Assembly (NCBI GenBank): GCA_049691655.1
Contig: JBAVOB010000061.1
Coordinates: 1-44,323 of the forward strand
DNA: 44,323 nt
Source: Steroidobacteraceae bacterium
GTDB taxonomy: Bacteria > Pseudomonadota > Gammaproteobacteria > Steroidobacterales > Steroidobacteraceae
Direction of reading: 5' to 3'
A model generated the notes under the pieces. It was not told the DNA's origin. It did no database searches and saw nothing but the letters and a program-made list of their open reading frames with translations. This document shows, piece after piece, positions 17,601 to 26,898 of this stretch; the stretch's first letter is position 1; each line of letters starts with the position of its first letter. Made by a program: the position numbers and the translations under genes.

Positions 17601-19538
17601 TCAGCGCGGCAGGGAATACGCGATCACGTAGTCGCCCCGGGTGCTGTCCCCTTTGTAACCACCGGCCGAGATCACCAGGTACTGTCGCCCGCCGATGGCA
17701 TAGGTCATCGGCGTGGCCTGGCCACCCGCGGGGAGCTTCACCTCCCACAGGAGTTCGCCGGTGCCAGTGTCGAAGGCGCGCAGACGGTCATCGAGACTGG
17801 CGGCTATGAATATGAGGCCGCCCGCCGTGACGATCGGGCCGCCGATTCCGGGAATCCCGAGATTGACGTGAATGTACGGCGTGTCACCCAGCGGGATCTG
17901 CCACTTGATCGTGCCGTGCCGCATATCTACCGCGGTGAGCACGCCCCAGGGTGGTTTGACACAGGGGATGCCGAGAGGCGATTTGAAGGCCGTGCGCCTG
18001 ACCGCGTAGGGCGTGCCGTCCTGGCGGGCAAAATCAAAACCTTTGTATTTGCCCGACATGGACTGGCTATGTGCTTCCGCGCGCGGCACCAGGGCGACGA
18101 TGAACGGCAGGTTCATCGTGTTGACGACGGCTATCTGCCGCTGGGGATCGAAGGCAATACCCCCCCAGTTTGCTCCGCCCGCGTTTCCCGGCTGCATGAT
18201 CGAGTCACGCAGAGCGGGGGGCTGGAACATCCCTTCCGAGCGATAACTCTCGATCCGTTTCCTGCAGTCCCGCTTATCAAGCCAGGTGAGTCCCCAGGCA
18301 TCATCCGGCGTGACCCGCGCCTGGCGCGTGAGGGCCGGTGGCGCCACGGGGTACGGCTGCGTGGGGGAAGGGCGCTCCCCCGGGACCGCATCCTGCGGCA
18401 CGGGCTTCTCGACGATGGGGAAAACGGGAGTGCCGTCGTCGCGGTCGAACGTGTAGAGAAAACCGGTTTTCGTCGCCTGAATGACCGCCGCGACCTGTTT
18501 GCCGTCGTGCACGAGTTCCACCAGCGAAGGCTGGGCAGGAACGTCGTAGTCCCACAGATCGTGATGCACCAGCTGCTGGCCCCATTTCAGCCGGCCGGTG
18601 TCGCCGTCCAATGCGACGACTGAATTCGCCCAACGGTTGTCGCCAGGGCGCTCGCCGCCATAGAAATCGGGGCTGGCGGAACCAGTCGGGACGAACACCA
18701 GATGACGTGTCGCATCCACCGACAGCGGCGCCCAGGCATTGGCCGCGCTGGCGGACGGGACCCTCTGCGGATCCCACTCCCGGAAAACGGGGTTGGACGC
18801 ATCGCGCGGGATGGGATCCCAGCTCCATACAAGCCGGCCGCTGCGCGCATCGAAGGCCCGCACCGTTCCCAGTTCTTCAAGGACGGCACGGTTGTCGCCG
18901 ATTGAAGATCCGACGATTACCTTGTCGTCCAGAATCGCGGGCGGCGAGGTCACGAGATAGTCACGCCACTCGTTACCCTCCTTGAACTGGGAGCGCACGT
19001 CTTCGAGCAGATTCACGGCGCCCCGATCGCCGAAGTCCGCACAGGGTTTGCCGTTCGCGGCATCCAGCGCCAGCAGCCGGCCATCCAGCGTGGGTGCATA
19101 GATCCGCGCGCGACACGGAGCTGCTGGCGGTGCGGACTCATCTACCCAGATCGACACGCCGCGCGAGACGCCGTCCGAGTAGTGCAGGTCCTTCCGGCTT
19201 CCCGCGTTGTAACGCCAGCGCAGCTTGCCCGTTGCCGCATTCACGGCAACGACGTCCGTACTGCTGGTCGTTAGATAGAGCGTGTTGTCGTAGAGAATTG
19301 GCGTGGATTCGAACGCCGAGTGGTCCCAGTCTTTCACGCCCTGGCCAGTTTCGCCGGTTCTGAAAATCCAGGCGACCTGCAGGTCCTTGACGTTGGCTGG
19401 CGTGATCTGGCTGAGGCGCGTGTAGCGGCTCCCGCCCGCATCGCCGCCATAGCGGGACCAGCCGGCGTCGGGCGCAGGGTCCGCCTCGACGCACAGGACG
19501 GCGGCGGACGCACTCAGCGCAATCAATACTTGTCGCAC
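17601..19538 (-). CDS. Periplasmic PQQ-dependent dehydrogenase (glucose/quinate/shikimate-type beta-propeller)
   Basis: It has repeated W-motif propeller blades, YGGDAGGSRYTRLSQI, VHHDLWDYD and GGANWGG. I chose the GTG at 19538 because GGGGAG lies upstream and it gives the signal peptide VRQVLIALSASAAVLCVEA. There is no N-terminal five-helix membrane domain. Confidence 0.9.
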   Translation of the reverse strand: MRQVLIALSASAAVLCVEADPAPDAGWSRYGGDAGGSRYTRLSQITPANVKDLQVAWIFRTGETGQGVKDWDHSAFESTPILYDNTLYLTTSSTDVVAVNAATGKLRWRYNAGSRKDLHYSDGVSRGVSIWVDESAPPAAPCRARIYAPTLDGRLLALDAANGKPCADFGDRGAVNLLEDVRSQFKEGNEWRDYLVTSPPAILDDKVIVGSSIGDNRAVLEELGTVRAFDARSGRLVWSWDPIPRDASNPVFREWDPQRVPSASAANAWAPLSVDATRHLVFVPTGSASPDFYGGERPGDNRWANSVVALDGDTGRLKWGQQLVHHDLWDYDVPAQPSLVELVHDGKQVAAVIQATKTGFLYTFDRDDGTPVFPIVEKPVPQDAVPGERPSPTQPYPVAPPALTRQARVTPDDAWGLTWLDKRDCRKRIESYRSEGMFQPPALRDSIMQPGNAGGANWGGIAFDPQRQIAVVNTMNLPFIVALVPRAEAHSQSMSGKYKGFDFARQDGTPYAVRRTAFKSPLGIPCVKPPWGVLTAVDMRHGTIKWQIPLGDTPYIHVNLGIPGIGGPIVTAGGLIFIAASLDDRLRAFDTGTGELLWEVKLPAGGQATPMTYAIGGRQYLVISAGGYKGDSTRGDYVIAYSLPR

Positions 19539-19828
19539 AGTTCTCCCCGCATTTGATCCGTGCGGCGCGGTGCACAGCCAGCGTAGCGCAGATTCGGCAT
19601 AGAGGCGCACCGGAACTCTTGGCATACGGCTCTGTCGACCTGCCGGCATTTGCCTTCAATGCGTCCGCGAGGCTTGGGTCAAACAAACAGAATATCTTTA
19701 CAAGAACGGTCAGCGTACGATCTGCGGAGCCCGGACATCCATCCATCTCCTGGGACCGACGATGGTCTGCGGCCGGCCACGCGTCGCCTCGCATCCTAAT
19801 CAATTCAACACAATCAGGGGGCACCACC

Positions 19829-20374
19829 ATGTTGAGACGTGTATCAACCCTCATCGTCGGAATGTCGGCGTTCACGATGTCAGCGGCATTGGCCGTCAAC
19901 ATTCCCTGCAATCCACTGACGGTAGCGGGGTCTTATATTCGCGAGGTTACCGGCGGTTCCATCATTGATCAGCTCGAGTTGCATATTGATGGAACCGCTG
20001 CCTGGTATCAGAGCTCGGCGCCTCAACTTCTGGTGACCGGAGGTACGTTCATCCGTCAGATTGGTAGCTGGAAATGCGTCAGCGCCACTCGCCTGGTCGT
20101 GACGACCGTCGGAGAGAATTACACACCCACACAAGTGCCGGATCCCTTCAGCAGCAACTTGGTTCCGGACGAATTTTATGACTCGTTTTCGAGAATTACG
20201 CACCAATTAGACTTGGTAAACGTCAACACGCTGAACCGGTCTCGTCGAGTGACCAAGACCTTCGGTCTTACCCAGGACCCCTTGGATCCCAATGCGGTAC
20301 CTATTTTCAATCAGGACACCACTGTCCCGGCGTTGTTCCGGAGAGTTGTCCCCCTGACATCAGACCTGCCCTGA
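19829..20374 (+). CDS. Secreted hypothetical protein
   Basis: The internal ATG gives the signal peptide MLRRVSTLIVGMSAFTMSAALA. I recognise no family. Confidence 0.6.
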   Translation: MLRRVSTLIVGMSAFTMSAALAVNIPCNPLTVAGSYIREVTGGSIIDQLELHIDGTAAWYQSSAPQLLVTGGTFIRQIGSWKCVSATRLVVTTVGENYTPTQVPDPFSSNLVPDEFYDSFSRITHQLDLVNVNTLNRSRRVTKTFGLTQDPLDPNAVPIFNQDTTVPALFRRVVPLTSDLP

Positions 20375-20752
20375 GTCACGAAGCTGCGAATGGGGATCCG
20401 GACGCCCGAGTCGGCTCGGCATTCGCTGCCTGATGGGCACGAAGCTCCGGTCAGCACCGGGGCTTCGTGCTCTTGGCACGCCCTGTTGGCGCGGGAGTGA
20501 TCGACGGCAAGGTGAGACTTCTGTCCGCGGATGCACGGGTCGCGATGCGTGTCGATCCGGGATTTAAGAGAGCTACACCAGCCTTCCCGAAAGCGGCCTG
20601 TCGTGACCGACCGCTGCGACTCAACTCCCACCTAACAAGTCAGATTACCGGCACTTCGCGGACGAACGACAGAGTTCGGCCCATAACGGGCAGTGGCGAC
20701 CCTGCGTTGTCAGCCCGAAAGCGGACATTCGACCGCGCTATGATTCAGCGCT

Positions 20753-21250
20753 ATGGCAGTTTTACGTTCGATGGGCGCCGTCTGGCGAGTGCCGGAGGCA
20801 CTTGTCCTCGCACGGTTGGCGCCTGGCACGTTCACTGCCGAATGCACGATTATGCTCAGTCACTTCTCGAGCTACGCGATCGGTGACCCACAGGACTTCG
20901 ATCACGATGGAGTCTTTGATTCCGTCAAAGGAACAACGGATGGCTGTCCTGGCACGGCGGCGAACGCCCAGGTAAACCTGCATGGATGTTCCACCGCCCA
21001 GTTGCGCGGGCTGCTCGAGGCGCTACGCCTGCAGGTCGTGGGCGTCGGGGCTGGCACCAGCGTTCAAGACAAGGTCAAACCGGCGCAAACCTACTACGCC
21101 GCAGGCAACCTCGGCGCGACCTGCATCAAGCTGACCGACTTCGTCAATGAAGTGAAGGCGCAACTGGGCAAGAAGCAGATCTCCGCAGCACTCGCGAACC
21201 AGCTCGTGGCAAGCGCTCAGGCAATTATGACGCTCATGGGTTGTAGCTAG
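20753..21250 (+). CDS. Hypothetical protein with TSP3-like Ca-binding motif and helical C-terminus, possibly an N-terminally truncated fragment
   Basis: DFDHDGVFDSVKGTTDGCPGT resembles a thrombospondin type-3 repeat. The C-terminus is a helical hairpin-like region. There is no convincing signal peptide or RBS. A strong terminator follows. Confidence 0.4.
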   Translation: MAVLRSMGAVWRVPEALVLARLAPGTFTAECTIMLSHFSSYAIGDPQDFDHDGVFDSVKGTTDGCPGTAANAQVNLHGCSTAQLRGLLEALRLQVVGVGAGTSVQDKVKPAQTYYAAGNLGATCIKLTDFVNEVKAQLGKKQISAALANQLVASAQAIMTLMGCS

Positions 21251-21282
21251 CGCATCCTGATCGGCTGCTGTTCAGGCATTTA

Positions 21283-21317
21283 CACAAACCCCGGCACCGA
21301 GCCGGGGTTTGTGTTTC
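21283..21317 (+). terminator. Rho-independent terminator
   Basis: It forms a perfect 13-bp stem (CACAAACCCCGGC / GCCGGGGTTTGTG) with a 5-nt loop, followed by TTTCC. Confidence 0.7.
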
Positions 21318-21688
21318 CGGCCACCGCAACAGGAAACCCGCTGGCGCTGCGTCCGAACACTCCACTGGCTTGCCCTGAAGCGGATACTCACGACCGTCAA
21401 CTTGGGGTCACAACCCGCCTAACCACTGACGCCTCCGCCGTTCGTCGCGTCTCGCTACTGGTTGTTTTACATAACGGCCGATCGACCGCGGGAATGCCTG
21501 CAATGGTGCAGCGCAGCACACGCCGTACCCTGCAGCCGCTGAATAATTTTTCCTGTACTGATTCGCGAATGAGCGTATACGTACGATTCGCCCGCGGATT
21601 TTGGGCGCCTGCGCCGCCAGCACCGAGTTCGATCTGCCGTGCGTGTGCTTGAGCGTCACGACGAACAACGACCGACGTGGGGAACAAC

Positions 21689-23269
21689 ATGAAACTCGTA
21701 ACATCCGGGCGCCGCAGGGTGCCATCTCGCGCCCTTGCTACCGCGGTACTTCTCGGCACAACAGTCTGTGCACTGACGCTGCCGGCCGCGGCGACAGGTT
21801 CGGGCAGGGTACTGCAGGTGGGTACCTATCGCGGCCACGCGGGGACATACGCGACGATCCAGGCGGCGGTCGATGACGCAGCCCCGGGTGACTGGATCCT
21901 GATCGCCCCGGGTGACTACAAGGAGCAAAGCACCGTGGCAGAGGCTGGCGTGTTCGTCGCGAAGCCCGGGATCCATCTGCGTGGCATGGACCGCAACCGC
22001 GTGGTGATCGACGGGACACTGCCCGGCTTCGACACCTGCAGTGCCGATCCTGCCGCGCAGAGACTCGGCAGCGGCCGCAACGGGATCCTGGTCTCGGCGG
22101 TCGACGGCGTCAGCATCGAAAACCTGAGCGTCTGTAATTTCCTGAACGGCACCAAAGGCGGCGGCAACCAGGTCTGGTGGAACGGCGGCGATGGGAGCGG
22201 CGTGATTGGCATGGGCAGCTATCACGGTGCGTACCTGACCGCCAGTGCGACCTACTACTCCGATGCGAACAATGCCTCGTACGGAATCTTCGCGAGCAAC
22301 GCGCGCGGGCCGGGGCTCATCGAATGGTCCTACGCGAGCAACATGTCCGACTCGGACTTCTACGTCGGTGCGTGCCCCGACTGCAACGCGACCCTGCGCG
22401 GCGTGCATGCGCAGAACAGCCCGCAGGGCTTCTCGGGCACTAACGCCGGCGGTCATCTGGTGCTCGAGCTTTCCGAGTGGGATCACAACCGGGTCGGAAT
22501 CGCATCGACCACGCTGGCGAACGATGACCGGCCGTCGCCGCAGGACGGTGCGTGTCCTGGCGAGCCGGGCAGGTCCTGCACGCTGATTCAGTTCAACTAC
22601 GTGCACGATAACAACGTGGCCGATACGCCGGGTGAAGGCATCGCCGCCACCGTCCCCGTCGGCACCGGTATCATCATCTCGGGCGGGCGTAACGACACGG
22701 TACGGCGGAATCTGATCGCCGGAAACGGCGCCTGGGGCGTGCTCCTCAACGACTATCCCGACGGCAGCCTGGGCGCCTGCGACGGCGGCAACGCTTTCTT
22801 CAACCCGCCCCCACCGTTCGATCAGATTCTCGGCCCGGTGATTCCCTGTTACTTCCACGCGTTCGGCAACACGGTCACGGGCAACTTTTTCCTCCGCAAC
22901 GGGGCGTTTGGCAATGACACCAACGGTGACCTGGCGAACGCCGCGCTCGATTACCCGGTGCGTAACTGCTTCCGGGGCAACTTCAATCTTAAGAGCGGCG
23001 CGGTGAGCAGCTCGCCGGCGGACATCCAGGACCCGTCGGTGCTGGGCTCCTGCAGTGGCCCCTGGGCCGGCGACCCGACGCAGCAGGTCTCGATTTTTCT
23101 CGAGCTGCTCTGCGACGCCTTCGGCCCCGCGTCGGGCGCATGCGCGTCACCGAATCGGTATCCAACCCAGACCGTGGTCAAGCTCCTGCCGATCCCGGGC
23201 GAGCGGGGCATGCCGGACCCCTGCCAGGGAGTGCCGCCGAATAGCTGGTGTTCTGCCAGACGGGACTGA
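21689..23269 (+). CDS. Secreted right-handed parallel beta-helix repeat protein
   Basis: The signal peptide has an RRR run (MKLVTSGRRRVPSRALATAVLLGTTVCALTLPAAA). It also has the motif YATIQAAVDDAAPGDWILIAPGDY and repeated G/N-rich beta-helix turns. Confidence 0.8.
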   Translation: MKLVTSGRRRVPSRALATAVLLGTTVCALTLPAAATGSGRVLQVGTYRGHAGTYATIQAAVDDAAPGDWILIAPGDYKEQSTVAEAGVFVAKPGIHLRGMDRNRVVIDGTLPGFDTCSADPAAQRLGSGRNGILVSAVDGVSIENLSVCNFLNGTKGGGNQVWWNGGDGSGVIGMGSYHGAYLTASATYYSDANNASYGIFASNARGPGLIEWSYASNMSDSDFYVGACPDCNATLRGVHAQNSPQGFSGTNAGGHLVLELSEWDHNRVGIASTTLANDDRPSPQDGACPGEPGRSCTLIQFNYVHDNNVADTPGEGIAATVPVGTGIIISGGRNDTVRRNLIAGNGAWGVLLNDYPDGSLGACDGGNAFFNPPPPFDQILGPVIPCYFHAFGNTVTGNFFLRNGAFGNDTNGDLANAALDYPVRNCFRGNFNLKSGAVSSSPADIQDPSVLGSCSGPWAGDPTQQVSIFLELLCDAFGPASGACASPNRYPTQTVVKLLPIPGERGMPDPCQGVPPNSWCSARRD

Positions 23270-23367
23270 CCTCGCGAGCCGTGTCTTACGCTCGATCCCC
23301 ACACAGTGCCTCGGCCGCGCGCCGGGGTCTGCGTGCCGGGCGTTTCCGCATCGCCGCTAGAGTCGCG

Positions 23368-24228
23368 CTAACTGCGACGCGCGAGAAAGAACAGGCGACG
23401 AAACGGGAAGATGACGCCGGACGTGCTGGCCGGGTAGAGTCGCGTGAGGCCGGAGGCATACTCCGACAGGAACTCTGAGGCCAAGGCCTCGTGCCCGGAG
23501 AGCGCCGACAGGATGGGGCGCAGGCTCGTGCCTTTGAGCCATTCCACGATGGCGAGGGCATCGGGAAGCTGGTGATAGTAGATAGTTTCCCAGACATCGG
23601 TCTCGTGACCGAGCGCGCGCAGCTGCCCGACATACCACTCCGGCGCCTCGATCGCGGGCCTGCGCTTTCGGGCCGCGAGCGCGCCCGCCCACCGCGGCTG
23701 GGCGGTGAGTTCGGCGAGCAGCCGGTAGGCTGGCTCGCCGGCCGTGTTCGGCATCTGGACGGCGAGGATGCCGCCCGGCGCGAGCCAGGATGCGAGCTGC
23801 GCGAGCAATCCAGCGTGATCGGGAACCCAGTGCAGCGCAGCGTTGGAGACGATGCAGTCGAGCGCTTGCGGTGAACGCCACTGCCGAAGATCCGCCTCGA
23901 CGAAGACCAGGCGGTGATTCGGTTCGCCGCCGCGTGCCCGCTCCAGCATCTGGCCTGAGTTATCGACGCCCCAGATTTGCGCCGCCGGCCATTTGGCGAG
24001 CAGCTGCCGCGTCAGCTCCCCGGTTCCGCAACCGAGGTCCGCTGCGAAGCGGACAGGCCGGTCGGGAATCCGCGTCACCAGATCGAAAAAAGGCTGGGCG
24101 CGTTCGCGCTTGAACCGCTCGTACTGCCCGGGATCCCACGCCGCAGAGTGTGCAGCCGGACGCGCGCCTTCCTGTTGCTGTGAAATGATCGTCAAGGGCG
24201 AAGGGTTTGGACCGCCTGGTACAGGCAC
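23368..24228 (-). CDS. tam: Trans-aconitate 2-methyltransferase-like class I SAM methyltransferase
   Basis: WDPGQYERFKRERAQPFFDL ... DLGCGTGELT ... SNAALHWVPDH matches Tam. An alternative TTG start at 24195 overlaps the MAPEG stop as TTGA. Confidence 0.85.
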   Translation of the reverse strand: MPVPGGPNPSPLTIISQQQEGARPAAHSAAWDPGQYERFKRERAQPFFDLVTRIPDRPVRFAADLGCGTGELTRQLLAKWPAAQIWGVDNSGQMLERARGGEPNHRLVFVEADLRQWRSPQALDCIVSNAALHWVPDHAGLLAQLASWLAPGGILAVQMPNTAGEPAYRLLAELTAQPRWAGALAARKRRPAIEAPEWYVGQLRALGHETDVWETIYYHQLPDALAIVEWLKGTSLRPILSALSGHEALASEFLSEYASGLTRLYPASTSGVIFPFRRLFFLARRS

Positions 24229-24587
24229 AAGGCGCCGCTGACGACGAGCACCAGAAAGGTCAGCGCGGTTCCCCAGAACCGGCCGAACTTGAACGACTGC
24301 GTGAAGGACAGGGCATAGCCATGCAGCAGGCGTGCAATCAGCAGCGTGAGACCCAAGGCGTGCAACAGATAACCGGGAAAGTGCGTCAGCTCGAGCAGCC
24401 CGATCATCAGCAGGATGAACGGGACGTACTCGGCGAAGTTACCATGCGCCCGCATGCGGCGCAGGAGAGCCGGATTGCCGCCGTCCCCGAGGCTCGGGCC
24501 GCCCGGTCCGCGTAACTGTGTCACGCGGTAACTCAGGACGAAGTACCAGAGCGCCAACACTCCTGCGTAAAGGGGAGTCACGGACAT
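24192..24587 (-). CDS. MAPEG family inner-membrane protein (YecN-like)
   Basis: 131 aa with RAHGNFAEYVPFILLMIGLLE, typical of this family. Confidence 0.85.
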   Translation of the reverse strand: MSVTPLYAGVLALWYFVLSYRVTQLRGPGGPSLGDGGNPALLRRMRAHGNFAEYVPFILLMIGLLELTHFPGYLLHALGLTLLIARLLHGYALSFTQSFKFGRFWGTALTFLVLVVSGALCLYQAVQTLRP

Positions 24588-24605
24588 GGCTTGTTCTCCC
24601 GCCGG

Positions 24606-25136
24606 TTATTCTGGCGCCATGATCTTATAGAAGGCGTACTCATGCAAAACGCCGTCCTGTTCCTTCACGCCGACATGGGAAAGCTGGCCCCCGATTTTCT
24701 CCATGGCCCTGCGCGACCGCAGGTTCCCTGGCCCCACGTGGAACCAGACCGTCCTCGCCCAGCGAAAGGCGTGCTCGAGCATCAGTCGCTTCATCTCGAG
24801 GTTGGCTGATCCGCCCCAGTGTCTGCGGGCAAGGAATGTATAGCCGATCGCGACCTCGCGGGCTGGACTGTTCCAGTCGTAATAGCGCGACGAGCCGATT
24901 GCCTTCCCGGAGGCATTGTCCGTCACGAGCAGGGCTCCTTTTGAGGCGAGCGCCGTCGCGAAGAACCCCTCGAAGACCTTCCGCTGATAGCGAGTAGGCT
25001 CGGGATGCTGCTCCCAGATGAGCGGATCCGAAGCGACGGCGAACAAGGCTGCAAAATCTCCCGCAGCGAGAGACCGCAACGACAGCGTGTGTCCGACCAG
25101 CGTCGGCTGCAGGTCGAAGCGATCGTCGTGATACAC
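24606..25136 (-). CDS. GNAT family N-acetyltransferase (RimJ/RimL-like)
   Basis: 176 aa with LSLRSLAAGDFAALF ... IGYTFLARRHWGGSANLEMKRLMLEHAF. Confidence 0.85.
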   Translation of the reverse strand: MYHDDRFDLQPTLVGHTLSLRSLAAGDFAALFAVASDPLIWEQHPEPTRYQRKVFEGFFATALASKGALLVTDNASGKAIGSSRYYDWNSPAREVAIGYTFLARRHWGGSANLEMKRLMLEHAFRWARTVWFHVGPGNLRSRRAMEKIGGQLSHVGVKEQDGVLHEYAFYKIMAPE

Positions 25137-25142
25137 GCGTCT

Positions 25143-25832
25143 TCAGCTTTCTTCGCTGCCGATGAGTCGGTAGACAACGGCGCCCAGCAGCGCGCCCGCG
25201 ATGGGAGCGAGCCAGAACAGCCAGAGTTGACCCACGGCCCAGCCGCCGACGTAGACGGCGACACCGGTGCTGCGTGCGGGATTCACCGAAGTATTGGTCA
25301 CGGGGATGCTGATGAGGTGGATCAGCGTGAGCGCCAGCCCGATGGCGATAGGTGCGAAACCCGCGGGCGCCCGCTTGTCGGTCGCGCCAAGGATCACGAG
25401 CAGAAAGAACATCGTCATCACCACTTCGCTGACCAGTGCGGCGAGCAACGAATAGCCGCCCGGTGAATGCGCTCCGTAGCCATTCGAGGCGAAGCCGTTG
25501 GCGACATCGAACCCCGGGGCTCCGGTCGCGATGACAAACAGCGCGCCGCCCGCTGCAATGCCGCCGAGCACCTGTGCCAGCACGTACGGTACGAGCTTGT
25601 TTGTGGGAAAGCGGCCTCCTGCCCACAGGCCTATCGAGACGGCCGGGTTCAGATGACAACCGGAGATGTGGCCGATGGCGAACGCCATCGTGAGAACCGT
25701 CAGGCCGAACGCGAGCGAGACGCCGAGCAGGCCGATGCCGACGTGCGGAAACGCGGCGGCGAGCACCGCGCTGCCGCAGCCGCCGAGAACCAGCCAGAAC
25801 GTACCGATGAATTCCGCTCCATATTGTTTCAT
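25143..25832 (-). CDS. aqpZ: Aquaporin Z
   Basis: It has two NPA boxes (HLNPAVS, NPARS) and the motif [19 protein letters not shown] chose the ATG at 25832 because GGAGAG lies upstream. Confidence 0.93.
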   Translation of the reverse strand: MKQYGAEFIGTFWLVLGGCGSAVLAAAFPHVGIGLLGVSLAFGLTVLTMAFAIGHISGCHLNPAVSIGLWAGGRFPTNKLVPYVLAQVLGGIAAGGALFVIATGAPGFDVANGFASNGYGAHSPGGYSLLAALVSEVVMTMFFLLVILGATDKRAPAGFAPIAIGLALTLIHLISIPVTNTSVNPARSTGVAVYVGGWAVGQLWLFWLAPIAGALLGAVVYRLIGSEES

Positions 25833-25868
25833 GTGACTCTCCATGTGGTTTTGGACGACCTGTGAACC

Positions 25869-26288
25869 TCACGATTGCGCGAGGTTGCCCGGCTGCCGCG
25901 ACTCCGCGTAGCTCTTGAGGTCCCCGATGGACTCGACCCAAGGCAACTTGCTCGAGCAGTAGATGTTGGCTTTCGCGTGGATCGCCTGGTGATCCTGCAG
26001 CGCGCCCAGGTAGACCATGCATTTCTCCGGGTACAGGGTATTGGTATTGAAGAGTGGCGTGCCGCAGATTCCACACCAGTGCTTCTGCACACGCGGTGTC
26101 GCGGGAAACGTGACCAGCATCTCCCGACCCTTGGCGAAATGCAGTTCGGCGCTCGAGACTGGAACGTAGGTCGAAAATGCCCCACCGTTCATGCCGCGGC
26201 ACAGGTTGCAATGACAGTTGACCGCAGCCACGGTGGGCGCGGAGATCCGCAACTCAATTCCGCCGCACTTGCACTTTGCAGTGATCAT
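25869..26288 (-). CDS. GFA family protein
   Basis: The GFA Cys pattern is present: CKCGGI ... CHCNLCRG ... CGICGT. Confidence 0.85.
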   Translation of the reverse strand: MITAKCKCGGIELRISAPTVAAVNCHCNLCRGMNGGAFSTYVPVSSAELHFAKGREMLVTFPATPRVQKHWCGICGTPLFNTNTLYPEKCMVYLGALQDHQAIHAKANIYCSSKLPWVESIGDLKSYAESRQPGNLAQS

Positions 26289-26323
26289 CGACGTCTCTCC
26301 CGGCGAAGGCGTTGCCTCGCGGC

Positions 26324-26788
26324 TCAGGGTTTCACGCGCTGGTACTTCGTTTCCACGCCCTTCGCTTCCTGCCCATCCGGTGTGATGTTATAGGCCGTGA
26401 TCGTCAGATAATCGCGATCGCTCAGTTCGAAGACGGTCTTCCAGCCCCAGGGTGGATCGGTCGGGCCAACGTCATATTTTCCTTTCACGGCGAAGCCCGT
26501 AGCGGTCGCGTCGCCTTCCGAGAACAGGATCGCGTAGTTCATGTGGAAGTCATCGAACCACGAGATCTCAAACTTTTTCGTCACCGAATTGAACGCGAGG
26601 GTCTCCTCGCCGTGCCGCGGCTTCCCCTGGATCGTGGACCGATACTCGTGGCGGAACAATCGCCCAGCCAATATCGGGCGAATCTCTCCGGCGACTTTGG
26701 ACTCGTCTGCCAGCGTGCCGGGTTCGAACCAGGTGCGACACGTACCTGTCCACGAGCCGACGAGTACCTCCAGGAACTCTTTGCCCAT
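26324..26788 (-). CDS. DUF1579 domain-containing protein
   Basis: LVGSWTGTCRTWFEPG ... AFNSVTKKFEISWFDDFHMN is the DUF1579 signature. Confidence 0.85.
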   Translation of the reverse strand: MGKEFLEVLVGSWTGTCRTWFEPGTLADESKVAGEIRPILAGRLFRHEYRSTIQGKPRHGEETLAFNSVTKKFEISWFDDFHMNYAILFSEGDATATGFAVKGKYDVGPTDPPWGWKTVFELSDRDYLTITAYNITPDGQEAKGVETKYQRVKP

Positions 26789-26898
26789 TGTTCATTTTCC
26801 TTGCGCGGGTTGCGTCAGATTCCTGCCTGGTTCCTGCGCGGATGCCACGGCAGCCAGTGCCAGCATGCCGCCCGCTACGAACATTCATTCAATCGTTT

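Noticed and set aside
20467-20886. A 139-aa ORF fills the gap between the two secreted-protein genes.
   Set aside because: It has no RBS and Arg-rich atypical composition, and it overlaps the start of 20753..21250. I treat it as non-coding or decayed sequence.
24640-26211. Very long ORFs in the track look like genes. Examples are 24640..26211 (523 aa), 3534..4799 (421 aa), 21656..22858 (400 aa), 32472..33650 (392 aa), 16166..17149 (327 aa), 5513..6454 (313 aa) and 1306..2178 (290 aa).
   Set aside because: They are Arg/Pro/Gly/Ala-rich low-complexity translations lying antisense to, or out of frame with, genes that have clear family signatures. These are typical high-GC shadow ORFs.
26721-26730. 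GGTTCGAACC resembles a tRNA T-arm.
   Set aside because: It lies inside the DUF1579 coding sequence, and no acceptor or anticodon arms can be built around it. I found no tRNA, rRNA or CRISPR-like repeats anywhere in the window.
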